64,000 bases of DNA from Octopus sinensis (lineage: Eukaryota), in assembly GCF_006345805.1 (NCBI RefSeq), contig NC_043011.1, forward strand, positions 40,250,464-40,314,463, written 5' to 3'. The notes under the pieces are model-generated. The model worked only from the letters and a program-made list of their open reading frames with translations. It was not told where the DNA came from and did not search any database. How positions within the stretch are numbered: the first letter of the stretch is position 1; each line of letters opens with the position of its first letter. Made by a program: the position numbers and the translations under genes. This document shows positions 51,963 through 64,000 of this stretch, one piece after another.

Positions 51963-54215
51963 TCAGGCCATAACCCGTGGCCCCTACCTGGGACATAGTC
52001 AGTCCTCCTGTGCATACCTTCCTTCTTGTGACACTTATGAAGACCTGTTGAGGCAAGTGAAAATCAAATCAAAACAAATCAAAATAGATGAACATCAGTG
52101 GAATTGTATTCTTTGTGGTACCAGTGCCGGTGGCACACAAGAAAACCACCCAAACGTGGCCGTAGCCAGTACCGCATCGACTGGCCTCCGTGCTGTGGGC
52201 ACAACAAACACCATCCGATCGTGGCCGTTCGCCAGCCTCATCTGGCACCTGTGTCGGTGGCACATAAAGACACCATCCGAAGACCCGGCGACGTAGTCAG
52301 TCCACCTGTGCATACCTTCCCTCTTATGACACTTGTGAAGACCTGTTGAGGCAAGTGTGTGACACTTGTGAAGACCTGTTGAGGCAGAGGCAAGTGTGTG
52401 ACACTTGTGGAGACCTGTTGAGGCAAGTGTGTGACACTTGTGAAGACCTGTTGAGGCAAGTGAAAATCAAATCAAACCAAATCAAAATAGATGAACATCA
52501 ATGGAATTTGTATCTTTGTGGTTCCAGTACCGGTGGCACACAAAAAACCATCTGAACGTGGCCGTAGCCAGTACCGCATCGACTGGCCTCCGTGCTGTGG
52601 GCACAACAAACACCATCTGATCGTGGCCGTTCGCCAGCCTCATCTGGCACCTGTGTCGGTGGCACATAAAAACACCATCCGAAGACCCGCGACGTAGTCA
52701 GTCCACCTATGCATACCTTCCTAATTATGACACTTGTGAAGACCTGTTGAGGCAAGTGTGTGACACCTACTTATGACACTTGTGAAGACCTGTTGAGGCA
52801 AGTGTGTGACACTTGTGTAGACCTGTTGAGGCAAGTGAAAATCAAATCAAATCAAATCAAACCAAATCAAAATAGATGAACATCAATGGAATTTGTATCT
52901 TTGTGGTACCAGTACCGTTGGCACACAAGAAAACCATCCGAACGTGGCCGTAGCCAGTACCGCATCGACTGGCCTCTGTGACGTGGGCACATAACAAACA
53001 CCATCCAATCGTGGCCGTTCGCCAGCCTCATCTGGCACCTGTGTCGGTGGCACATAAAAACACCAACCGAAGACCCGGCAAGACTAGTCAGGCCATAACC
53101 CGTGGCCCCTACTTGGGACGTAGTCAGTCCCCTGTGCATACCTTCCTTCCTTCCTGTGACACTTGTGAAGACCTGTGAAGACCTGTTGAGGCAAGTGAAA
53201 ATCAAATCAAATCAAATCAAAATGGATGAACATCAATGGAATTTGTATCTTTGTGGTACCAGTGCCGGTGGCACACAAGAAAACCATCTGAACGTGGCCG
53301 TAGCCAGTACCGCATCGACTGGCCTCCGTGCTGTGGGCACGTAACAAACACCATCCGATCGTGGCCGTTCGCCAGCCTCATCTGGCACCTGTGTCGGTGG
53401 CACATAAAAACACCAACCGAAGACCCGGCAAGACTAGTCAGGCCATAACCCGTGGCCCCTACTTGGGACGTAGTCAGTCCCCTGTGCATACCTTCCTTCC
53501 TTCCTGTGACACTTGTGAAGACCTGTGAAGACCTGTTGAGGCAAGTGAAAATCAAATCAAATCAAATCAAAATGGATGAACATCAATGGAATTTGTATCT
53601 TTGTGGTACCAGTGCCGGTGGCACACAAGAAAACCATCTGAACGTGGCCGTAGCCAGTACCGCATCGACTGGCCTCCGTGCTGTGGGCACGTAACAAACA
53701 CCATCCGATCGTGGCCGTTCGCCAGCCTCATCTGGCACCTGTGTCGGTGGCACATAAAAACACCATCCGAAGACCCGGCAAGACTAGTCAGGCCATAACC
53801 CGTGGCCCCTACCTGGGACGTAGTCAGTCCACCTGTGCATACCTTCCTTCTTGTGACACTTGTGAAGACCTGTTGAGGCAAGTGAAAATCAAATCAAAAC
53901 AAATCAAAATAGATGAACATCAACGGAATTTGTATCTTTTGGTACCAGTGCCGGTGGCACACAAGAAAATCATCCGAACGTGGCCGTAGCCAGTACCGCA
54001 TAGACTGGCCTCCGTGTTTTGGGGACGTAACAAACACCATCCGATCGTGGCCGTCCGCCAGCCTCATCTGGCACCTGTGTCGGTGGCACATAAAAACACC
54101 ATCCGAGCGTGGCCGTCTGCCAGCCTCGTCTGGCACCTGTGTCGGTGGCACATAAAAACACCATCCGAGCGTGGCCGTTCGCCAGCCTCGTCTGGCACCT
54201 GTGTCGTGTGGCACA
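51944..54215 (+). repeat. Tandem array of the LINE 3' region: six units of 335-402 bp plus ~62-bp terminal sub-repeats
   Basis: Unit starts (gaagaccc) at 51944, 52279, 52681, 53069, 53419 and 53769. Internal 33-bp and (AAATC)n sub-repeats vary in copy number. Confidence 0.93.
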
Positions 54216-54744
54216 TAAAATCACCCACTACACTCTCGGAGTGGTTGGCGTTAGGAAGGGCATCCAGCTGTAGAAACACTGCCAGATCTGACTGGCCTGG
54301 TGCAGCCTTCGGGCTCCCCAGACCCCAGTTGAACCGTCCAACCCATGCTAGCATGGAAAACGGACGCTAAATGATGATGATGATGATCTTTAGTTAGTCA
54401 TCAAGACTGGAGTGTCTTTTAGATATTGCTATAAAACTTCTTTTATATATTTAGTTTTAGGTAAAGTTGTATTAAAAAAAAAAGAAGATATTTGGTAATA
54501 AATTAAATAAAAATAAATGTGATCACTAATGGGTTAATCAACTCCACCCCATCAAAATTGCTGACCCAGTACCAAAATTAGAACTATTATTAAAAGTACC
54601 AACAAGGGAATGAAAGCAATGCAGCAGCTGAGCAACAAAAGCCTCCTTTTTGTTTTCACAGATTTGGACTTAATTCTACAGAATCTATTAGTAAATCTCT
54701 TTTAGGTCTCACCGATAGGTAAATTAACATTAAGTGGTAGTCTA

Positions 54745-54870
54745 GGTTGACTTTCATTTTCATCCTTTCAGGGGTCGATAAATTAAGTACCAGTTGCGTA
54801 CTGGAGTTGATCTAATTGAATGGCCCCTTCCCCAAAAATTTTGGGCCTTGTGCCTAGAGTAAAAAAAAAA
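54745..54870 (+). mobile_element. Family B SINE 3' half
   Basis: gttgactttcattttcatcctttcaggggtcgataaattaagtaccagttg...gccttgtgcctagagt. Confidence 0.75.
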
Positions 54871-55039
54871 AAATTAAGTGGTAGGATCTCCAGCAGAAGA
54901 ATCCTGCAATTGTGTAATGTTTGCCTGTTGGGTAGGTTGTTGCTTCTGAAGAATTCCCCCTGTTTGTGTATGGAAAGTTGTTTTTTAACCCTAAGATAAC
55001 CCTGATTGACCAATCCTATGATCAAATGTGTTTTACTTG

Positions 55040-55612
55040 TAACCATTCATTTTGTATAGTAGGGACAGTTGTGTCGTTAAGAAACTTCCTAACTATGTAG
55101 GTTCAATCCCATTCTCACTCTGGCACATTGAGCATCTGTCTTCTACTATAAGCCCTGCATGGACCAAAACCTTGCAAGTGGAGTTGTTAGGTAGAAACTA
55201 TCAAATGCCTATGTGTTATTTTTATTATACAATAGGTGCATGCATGGCTGTGTGGTTAAGAAGCTTGCTCCCCATTGAGCAGCACCTTGGGCAAGTGTCT
55301 ACTCTCGTTCTGGACCAGCCAAATCCTTGTGAGTGGTTTTGGTAACAAAAACTGAAAGAAGCACATTGTGTGTGTGTGTGTGCACCTTATTGTGATATTG
55401 TATGATAGTTGTAAATGAGTGTTACCATTGTATAATTGCATTTATTTCCAATCTTACATGAAAGCTTGTCATTTCATTGTGAAATATTAACTAGCTTGGC
55501 AAAAAGTGAGGGTTAGTAACAGGAGGAGCATCTGGCTATAGGAAATCTATATCAATGAATTCTGTATGACCCATGCAAGCATGTAAAAGCTACTATAACG
55601 ATGATGATGATG
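55040..55612 (+). mobile_element. Two adjacent family A SINE heads; the second has tail type 2
   Basis: A box TGGCTGTGTGG at ~55245, ccttgggcaagtgtct core, (GT)n, and a tail ending gatgatgatgatg. Confidence 0.75.
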
Positions 55613-58168
55613 CCCTATACTCTCCAATGTTTAGTTTATTTCTAAATGGTTGTGTATTGAAGGATTTGTTTTGGCTGCTATATCTAGCAGCCAAAGATGT
55701 AGAGGCTCATTCTTTCGTTTGAGACCTCTCATTGATATCGGTATATATGTAATGTAAAGCAAATAATAATAATGGAAATTAATTTTGATAGCATTTGTCT
55801 GTGCCTCCCCTTCGTGGAGAGAGGAGAAAATTTCCAAAATATAGACACAGAAGGAGGTATTTGATCCCCCTCCCCTAGTCCTTCTGGTTATTGGCAATCC
55901 TTGAAGAGGCAGAAGAGAGCTGATTCCAAGATTCCACATCTTTGACATGTAGTTTGGCTTCACTTTAACATTTGGTCATTGTTTTAACAATGGTAATATC
56001 TTTTTTGCAAGACATGCCCCCCCCCCCCCCGTTTTAAAACCATAGTAAGAGAGCCAGATTTCACTGATAAATGAACCAGATGAAGTTTCTCAGTAAAACT
56101 TCTTTTGTCATCCAAGGCATATGGCAGCATTTGTCAAATAGAATCTTAGTAGTAAATTGACTCTGTGAAATTGCTGTGGTGTATATATATACTGCAGTCC
56201 CTTTTAAATCTGGTTTCCTTTCCATCTTATTTCACTTTCTCATGCCCTCTACCCCACCCCTCACTCTCTCACTCTCTCCCACACACACACACACAAACAC
56301 ACACATTCTAAGATAGAATTTACTCATCCACATATCTGAGAAGAACCACTTGAAACAGATATAATCTTTGAGAAAGACATGTCATTAGAAACTGTCAAGT
56401 TGTTTCCTTATGTTGTGCTGGTATTTGTCTGAAGCAGTTTTGTAATTCCTGAGAAAAGTTTAATTATTATGCTACAGCTTCTAATTCCTTGCTATAAATT
56501 AACTACCATATGAAGGTGGTTATTATTGGTTTATGTTTGTGTATGTGTATAAAACTTATCCAGCAGTAACCATTTTCACATGGTGGTTAATGTGTGTGTG
56601 TGTGTGACTGTTCTACAGCTGTTTTCTCATGGTGGCATAGGTTTGATGGATTTTCCAAAACAGTGCTCTGTGGATGGATGCCCTTCCTGTTGCCAACCCT
56701 TCTAAATACTGCTTTTGAAGAGCACACTGTCTATTCTAAAACTCTATTTTTGTATTGAATGCTTTCTTCTTCTCACTTGTCTATATATCCATTTCTCTCT
56801 CTATACACACACATATGTAGATGCACATGCACACTCACTCACTCACTCACACACACACACATACATATATATAAAGTCATAAATGACCTAGAGGTAGTTT
56901 GCTGAAATTTTAACAATAAGAAAATTCATGTATCACAACAAATTGTTTCATAACTTAAGAACATGTAAATAGTTTATATTGTATTTAATAATAAATTACT
57001 TACATGTCTGTGTTAATGCAAATTATTTATCTCTCGCATCATACTATATATTCTATGTTTTGTAGAATAATACATGGAGTTTTATTTGAATCCATATATT
57101 GTGACTTAAATATGTGTGTGTGTGTGTGTATATATATGTGTGTATACACACATGTATATGCGCATATACACACCCTCATACACTGTTTTTATATGTTGAT
57201 TACATTTATTTTGAGTATGATGCTCACTCAAATATATTACAACCTCCATTCTTTTGTCTCTCAAACTCTTTTAGATGTAAGTTAAAATTTTTGCATAGTG
57301 AACAAGATGTCCCTGTTTTGCATCTATACTTTCATTTTATCTATATCTCCCAAAGATTTGTGATTTACTATTAGAATATATCAGCAGTGTTACTCGCGAG
57401 TTCTAAACTATAATATTTTCAAGTAGATAATCATTTTAAACATTATAGCCGTGGCATAACCTGATTGGCTAACAGAACTGATTGGCTGTTAGATGTATAT
57501 GTAAGTGTTCCTTAATTATAAACAATGAAGTGTAATCATTAGTTGTTGGATGTCACAAGACTACCACCATGTGTTTTTTTTTTCTTCAAAGATCTGTTGG
57601 GTTTATTACTGGTTCTTTTTTGTAATGATACTTCTACCTTTGACCCCGTTTTCTTCTATTAATATTTTTTCTCAGTATACACACATAAATGTGTAACCTT
57701 TCTAGTAACAAGCCTCTTTTCATGGAGTACTTAGAAATTTTATATTTTTTCAATTGCTTTAACAATTATCAAAAATCCCCATGACCAATACATTATATTG
57801 CCATTTAATCTATTACATTAATTTAGTTTGTTTAGTAGCTCAACTTGAGAAGTCTATGGTTTTATACTTTGGTTATCTGTCTTTACTTACTCATGCTTTA
57901 TAGATGAACAAAGCACTATAACTCTTTCCACGAGAAACCTGTTAAACATCCAACTGATCTCATACCCTTTTATCTCTGTCACCAATACGAAATGGTATGG
58001 TAACCTAGTGGTCATTTTGTGTGAAGTAGGAATTTTTCACAAGTTAGCTTTCACTTATATGTAGTTGTTCAGTGAATGTAAACATAGGAGCTGTATCCTG
58101 TAACAGCTGAAATTATGACCTGCTTGAGTAGAATTGGAAGAAATACATGAAATTTCCTCCTGGTTGAT

Positions 58169-58494
58169 AATCATCATCATCGTCGTTTAGCGTCTGCTTT
58201 CCATGCTAGCATGGGTTGAACGGTTCAACTGGGGTCTGGGAAGCCAGAAGGCTGCACCAGGCCCAGTCTGATTTGGCAATGTTTCTACAGCTGGATGCCC
58301 TTCCTAACGCCAACCACTCCGAGAGTGTAGTGGGTGCTTTTTACGTGCCACCGGCACAGGTGCCAGACGAGGCTGACAAACGGTCGCGATCAGATGGTGC
58401 TTTTTACGTGCCACCGGCATGGAGGCCAGTCGGGGCAGCACTGGCAACGGCCGCGTTCAGATGGTTCTCTTACGTGCACCGGCACTGGTATCAC
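58169..58494 (-). mobile_element. 5'-truncated RTE 3'UTR fragment (non-expanded version)
   Basis: Reverse complement of the terminal part of the 50691-54387 element, with single copies of the modules. Confidence 0.88.
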
Positions 58495-59769
58495 ACCTAC
58501 AATTTTACAATTATAATATAATTGTTATATCTATACTCAAAATATTGACATTTGTGTGGTTGCTGGAACTACAAGAAACAGCAGCGAAATCTGCTGCAAA
58601 TCATAATCTAAAAGCTGGTGGGAAGAAACACATAAGGTGATGTAGTCTTCTGCATGCTAAATTTGACAGTAAGACAGAATGTCATGTTTATAAAGCCTTT
58701 GACCCTACTTCTACTCTATCAGGACTGGCCTACAGTGAAACGGCTACTAGTTTATGTATCAAGTTTTTAAATATTCGTTTTTGCCTTTATGTAATATATA
58801 TATATATAAATGTGTGTGTCTAAAATACACACACGTACACAATATACCTCTGCAATAAATGTGACCAGAAAGTAGTGTAAGATGATGAACAGTGAGTGTA
58901 CTTCTCTCATGAGGCAACAAATTTGTACTTAGTCACACATGGATCCACAGAAATTAAATCTCTTAGACAATCATTCTCGACATCTAAGTGCTTGCCATTG
59001 TGATCTTTCTCTTTTTTTCCCCCTCTCTTCTTAACTCTCATTACCACAGTTTTGTTAAAATATGCTGGCTTTGTTTCAGTTAAAGCTAAAAATAATGAAG
59101 ACATTTTGTAAAATAACTGTCATTAATAAGCTGATGTTCTGAACATAAATTAACATGCAATTTTAATGGAAAACTTTAAATCTTGACCTCTTTAAAACAT
59201 GAGGTTTGTATCTGAGAACCAGGATACTTTTCAGATGGGTTAATATCCTTTTTCACTGCTGTCAGCTTCAAGTGGCGACACTCTCTTTGCTTCAGGGCAA
59301 GCATCCAGTCATGGACTATGCTACTATACTTCAGTGTTCTTTGGTTTTATTAGTTTGTGTTAAATTGAGGCCCACTTGTATAGTTAGTAGTGTGTGAATT
59401 ATGAAAGAGACATTCAGCTCTAAATATTGTCTGATCCAACTATAATTTTTTTTTTCTTTTCTCATCTATGGCTATGCTAGAGCACCAAAGTTTTAATTAG
59501 TTATATCAACTCCAATAATTTGTTTGGTTTTCTTTTTATCAATCTCTTTATCAAGTGATTGAAATCACCTGCAAACAATTTACCCCAGCACACACAAACA
59601 CATCATGAACTTTCACACAGCTTCTGTCCATCAAATTCCACTCACAAAACCTATGACATTAACAGCCATGCATGTGTCCAACAAATTGCAAATATCCAAA
59701 TTTTGTAGAACTTGTCTGATGTTAAAAATTACATTTAATGTATGTTCCTTTTCTAGAAAATACTATGTA

Positions 59770-60178
59770 ACACAAGCACGTCTGTGTAGTTATGAGGTTT
59801 GTGTTGTAACCATATGGTTTCAGGTTCAGTCTCACTGTGCAACACCTTGGACAAGTATCTTCTATAGCTTTGGACTGACCAAAGCCGTATGTGTGGATTC
59901 AGTAGACAGAAAATAAAAGAAGCCCATCGTGTGTGTGTGCTACTGTCCCCATCTCTTCACATCATATCATTGTTGTAAACGAATGTCACCATCATACAAG
60001 TGGTGTCATTTGTTTCTAATCTATGGAAACATACCTGGCCATTGGGAAATATTACCTTGCTTGAAAACAGGTGAGGGTTTGTGATAGGAAGGTCTTTTGA
60101 CTACAGAAAAATATGTCTCAATGAATTCCATTCAACCTATGTATAGGAAAATGAACATTAAAATTGTGGTGATGATGA
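59770..60178 (+). mobile_element. Family A SINE with tail type 2
   Basis: ggttcagtctcactgtgcaacaccttggacaagtatcttc head, and aatattaccttgcttgaaaacaggtgaggg tail ending gatgatga. Confidence 0.8.
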
Positions 60179-61274
60179 CTTTTATTAACTAATATTGTAA
60201 TGCCAATCTGTTCTGAATTTAATGAAAACCATTAGCTGACATACTTTTATAGCACTTCAGTTTCTACAGTTTAGTAGTCACTTCAGACAAGAAAGAATGT
60301 GGTTAAATACACTAGTGCTAAATTAGGTTATTTGGGCCAAGGAAGCTGAATTTGAATCTAATTTTGTATGGACGTTTGTCTTGGTTATCCTGATCGTTTA
60401 CATGGCTGCATACTAAACCAGCTCTGCTTCGCAGAATGGCCAGTATGTTGCACTGAAAAGGTTAATTAAAAGTTTCTCCTGTACTTGAGAATAATGTTGC
60501 TGTTGTTGTTGCTGTCATCATTATTATTGCTACTGAGCAGCTTCATTTAGAAACTCTTCAGTCTCTCCCCACCCCATGTCCACCTTACATTGCTCTATAT
60601 TTCTCTTGTTATTCTTTAATTCTGATTATTCCTAAAATTTTATACAAATGTTTCACATTATACGACATCCTAAGGATATCTTTCTCTTCAGAAATAATAG
60701 TAGTAGTAGTAGTAGTAGTCATTACCATATACCAATATCTTAATTGTGTATCTTCATGTCTAATTAAGAGTAATTATCATGCTCGTTGTGAATTGTTAAA
60801 TCAGTTACACACACACACCATCTCTCTCTCTCTCAAAATATTGCATTTTTAGTTTTCAAGCTCATTGCTGGTCTTTGATTAGAGGGTGGATATTTGTGTG
60901 ATGTTTCATATTTAGATTTAATTGAATGGGTCTATTTTAATTGAGTTCAAAGGTTTATCGGTAAGTTAGTATAGTGTGTATTCACAGACTTACATTATAA
61001 CTATATTTTCATTTTATTCCAGGTGTGTGGTGGGGTGGTGATGGGAACAACAACAACAGATATTTAGCTTTAAAACTTAAAACAATTTTACAAATGGCAA
61101 GGTTACATGAAACATTCGATATGCTTTAGACATGTTCATACATACTAATGATTAGATTTTTACCAGTAGTTTGTTTATCATGGTGATGGATCCATAAGGA
61201 GAATGAGATAATTAGGTCTTGTAACTTGTGTGTTTACTACTACTACTACTACTTATTATTATTGTTATTCGTTT

Positions 61275-63250
61275 GCATGCTGCTACATTCTGAGTTCAAA
61301 TTCCTTCGAGGTTGACTTTGCCCTTCATCGTTTCAGGCTTGATAAATTAAATACCAGTGAAACACTGAGGTTGATGTAATCAACTAGTCCCCTCTCCCCA
61401 AATTTCGAGCTTTGTGCCTGTAGTAGACAAGATTATTATTATTATTATTATTGCCATTATTATTATAATTAAGGTGGTGAATTGTCAGAATCATTAGCGT
61501 ACTGAGCAAAATGCTTAGAGGCATTTCATCCCTCTTTATTTTCTGAGTTTAAATTCTGTCCCGATTGACTTATCCTTTCATCCTTTTGTGTTAAATAAAA
61601 TAAGTACCAGTTGAGCACTGGGGGTCGACGTAATCAACTAGTACTCCCCCCCCCTACTTCCAAGGACTTGTGCCTGCAATAGAAAATATTATTCTTAAGG
61701 GGGCAACCTGGTAGAATCATTAGCTTGCTTAGCAGCTTTCCATCTGTCTTCACATTCTGAGTTCAAATTCCACCCAGGTTCTTTTGTGGTAAATAGAATA
61801 AGGACCAGTTGAACACTGGGGTCGATGTAATCGACTTAACCCCCCCCCCCCCCTCTTCCAAATTTCAGGCCTTGTACCTATAGCCTAAAGGATTATTAAC
61901 ATTACTGAAGGCAGTAAACTAGCAGAGTTGTTAGAGAGTTGGACAAAAATGCATAGTGGCATTTCTTTTCGCTCTTCACATTCTCAGTTCGATTCTTGCT
62001 GATGTTGAGCAATGGGATTGATGTAATAAACTAACGCCTCCCCTCAAAAGCTGCTGGCTTTGTACCAGAATTTGAAGCCATTATTATTAGGCTATTTAGA
62101 GACTCTGCATTTTCAGTTTCAACCTTCTGGGGTCAGTAAAGGACCAGGTGTATATTGGGGTTGATGGTATCTAACCCCACCACCACCACCACCCAAATTA
62201 CTAGCTTCATGCTTAAATAAGAAATTATCATTATTGAACGTGATGAGCTGGCAGGAGTGGCAGGAAAAGAGCACTTTCCAACATGTCTTCTGACTCCTTA
62301 CATTCCCAGTTCAAATTTCACCGAGGTCAGCATGACCTTTCATCCTATTGGTGTTGATAAAATACCATTATAGTAACAAAGTCAGTGCAATCAACTAATA
62401 CCCTCCCACAAATTGCTGGCCTTGTGTCTAAATTGGAAACAATTATTTTCATACTGTGGATTGTCAGAATTGCTAGAGCATGGGGGCAGGGGGAATTCCT
62501 TCTGGTCTTCATGTTCTGCATTGAAATCGGTTGCCATGGTCAACTTTGATTTTCTTTCATCCTTCCAGGGCCTTTTACCTATATTAAAAATGAGCTGGCA
62601 AAGCCACCCCCATGCCAGACAAAATGCCTAACAACATTTCTTTCATTTTTACATTCTGAGTTCAAATTCTGTCATGGTTGACTTTGCTTTTCATCCTTTC
62701 TGGGTTGATAAAATATGTACCAGTTGAGAACGGGGGTCGAGGTAATCAGCTAACCCACTTCTTTACAATTTCAGGCCTTGTGCATATAGTAGCTGTAATA
62801 GAAAGGATTACTGTGGAAGGCGTTTGATTAGCATAATCTTCAGAGCATGAGATAAAATATCTTGCCATATTTCTTTCCACTCATTACATTCTGGGTTCAA
62901 ACCTTGCCATGGTCAACTTTGCATTTTATACATCCGAAGTTGATAAAATATCAATCAAATATTGGAATTGATTTAATCAGTTAACCCCATATTCTTCCCA
63001 CCACTGAATTTCAAGCCTTGCTTCTATGTTTGAAGTCATTATCAAAGGATGTGGGCTCTTAGAGCATTGGATGATATTTACTCTTTGGCTACAACTCTTT
63101 AAGTTCTAAATTCACATGCCACCAAAGCCAACTTTATCTTTGTAATCGTTTCTGGGTCAACAAATTAAAGAGCCAGTTAAGTATCAGGGTTGATATAATT
63201 AACTGTGCCCTCCCTGCCACTAAAATTTTAACTTTGTACCTCTGTTAGAA
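61275..63250 (+). mobile_element. Head-to-tail array of ~10 diverged family B SINEs
   Basis: Approximate starts at 61275, 61471, 61697, 61907, 62090, 62236, 62450, 62585, 62812 and 63046. Each unit retains parts of ctgagttcaaatt, tttcatccttt, accagttg and the att tail. Confidence 0.85.
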
Positions 63251-63437
63251 ACTTCATCTTGGTGGTGATGGTGTTCACAATAACTAACTTACTGGCTTTA
63301 TTGATTTTATTAATCTAGTTCTTCTATGCTTGTAAAATTTGAATCAGAAGTATGTTTCCCTATGGTATACAAACTAATCCACAATTGCAAACTTTAAGAA
63401 ATGGTTTTCACCAAAAGACGACTGTTCATTTCCTTGG

Positions 63438-63640
63438 CTTATAACCTCCACCTTAGCAAAGGCAGAGGTATTGTTTTCAGTCGTGTTTGTTTGTTTGTTT
63501 GTCTGTCTGTGGACAAGATATCTCAAGAACCTCTGGATGGATTTGGATGAAACTTTCAGGGAGGTTTGGCCTCATGACTGGCATGAACTGATTAAATTTT
63601 AGGATCAATTTGGGGACTGGACAAGGATTCTGGATTAATT
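63438..63640 (+). mobile_element. DINE-1/HINE-like (Helentron-associated) non-autonomous element, 5' part
   Basis: Hairpin ACCTCCACCTT-agca-AAGGCAGAGGT, then a (GTTT)/(GTCT) microsatellite, then gatatctcaagaacc...ggatggatttggatgaaacttt. This is the typical block order of these elements. Confidence 0.65.
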
Positions 63641-64000
63641 GTTATATTTACTTTACATGAAGCATTATGATCTTACATTGACTTTCAAGTCTTTCTCTGG
63701 TTATCTCCTTTGAAAGCACACATGGTTTCCATGTAAGTTATGGTGGCATTGTTGTTTCCAAAGTATTATTTTCATTTCCCTAATATTAATTTTACTCGCA
63801 TCTCTATCTTAGTAGAAACTGATGGATAAAGAAATCAAACTACATAAACAAACAGCAGTAAAACTGTTCAGAAGTTACATAATGCTAGCATATTCAGTGA
63901 CAATAAATTTAATTTATTCTTGACAATTGTTAGTTTTATCAATTTTAAATATATCACTCCTGTTTAAAACCTCGTACCTACTTGACAATTGCATTTCTAG

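Larger units (their letters stand above)
50691..54387 (+). mobile_element. Young 5'-truncated RTE-clade LINE with expanded 3'UTR and (TGA)n tail
   Basis: Uninterrupted RT ORF, then 3'UTR, then terminal ttaggaagggcatccagctgtagaaac...gcatggaaaacggacgctaaatgatgatgatgatgat. No endonuclease region is present. No TSD was recognised. Confidence 0.92.
1123..64000 (+). other. Long intron of the WASF gene (donor GTAATG at 1123; 3' end not seen)
   Basis: Canonical donor directly after TVEE. No exon encoding the expected VSLQDIxMxKAFKS continuation was found by eye. The sequence is dominated by repeats and microsatellites. Confidence 0.7.

Noticed and set aside
52020-52070. CTGTTGAG-GCAAGT-GAAA resembling a hammerhead core in the RTE UTR
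   Set aside because: The core has U in place of the invariant A, no stem II can form, and there is no NUH with a stem I partner.
51931-54370. Many overlapping 60-120 aa ORFs in the array; superficial CRISPR-like periodicity
   Set aside because: They are translations of a GC-rich LINE 3'UTR repeat. There are no unique spacers or cas genes, and the context is eukaryotic.

Overview
This is AT-rich, microsatellite-dense eukaryotic genomic DNA. The repeat families suggest a coleoid cephalopod such as Octopus, which is an inference from memory and not a database result. The only host coding sequence I can support is the first coding exon of a WAVE/SCAR (WASF) gene (855-1122, +). The remaining ~63 kb appears to be one very long intron, because no recognisable next WAVE exon was found. 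The intron is filled with transposon-derived DNA: two abundant tRNA-derived SINE families, RTE-clade LINE copies (one young, 5'-truncated, with an intact ORF), a decayed mariner, piggyBac-type and hAT-type MITEs, and a DINE-1/HINE-like element. The most notable observations are: (1) an insertion at 18283-18674, flanked by an 8-bp target-site duplication (TSD), built as an inverted dimer of a unit that joins a tRNA-derived Pol III promoter to a minimal Penelope-type hammerhead ribozyme; (2) two further fold-back insertions with near-perfect hairpins; (3) a PHD finger embedded inside the RTE reverse-transcriptase domain; (4) a six-unit tandem expansion of that LINE's 3' end; (5) about ten diverged SINEs stacked head-to-tail. 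Family names come from remembered motifs. Repeat boundaries are approximate unless junction bases are quoted.
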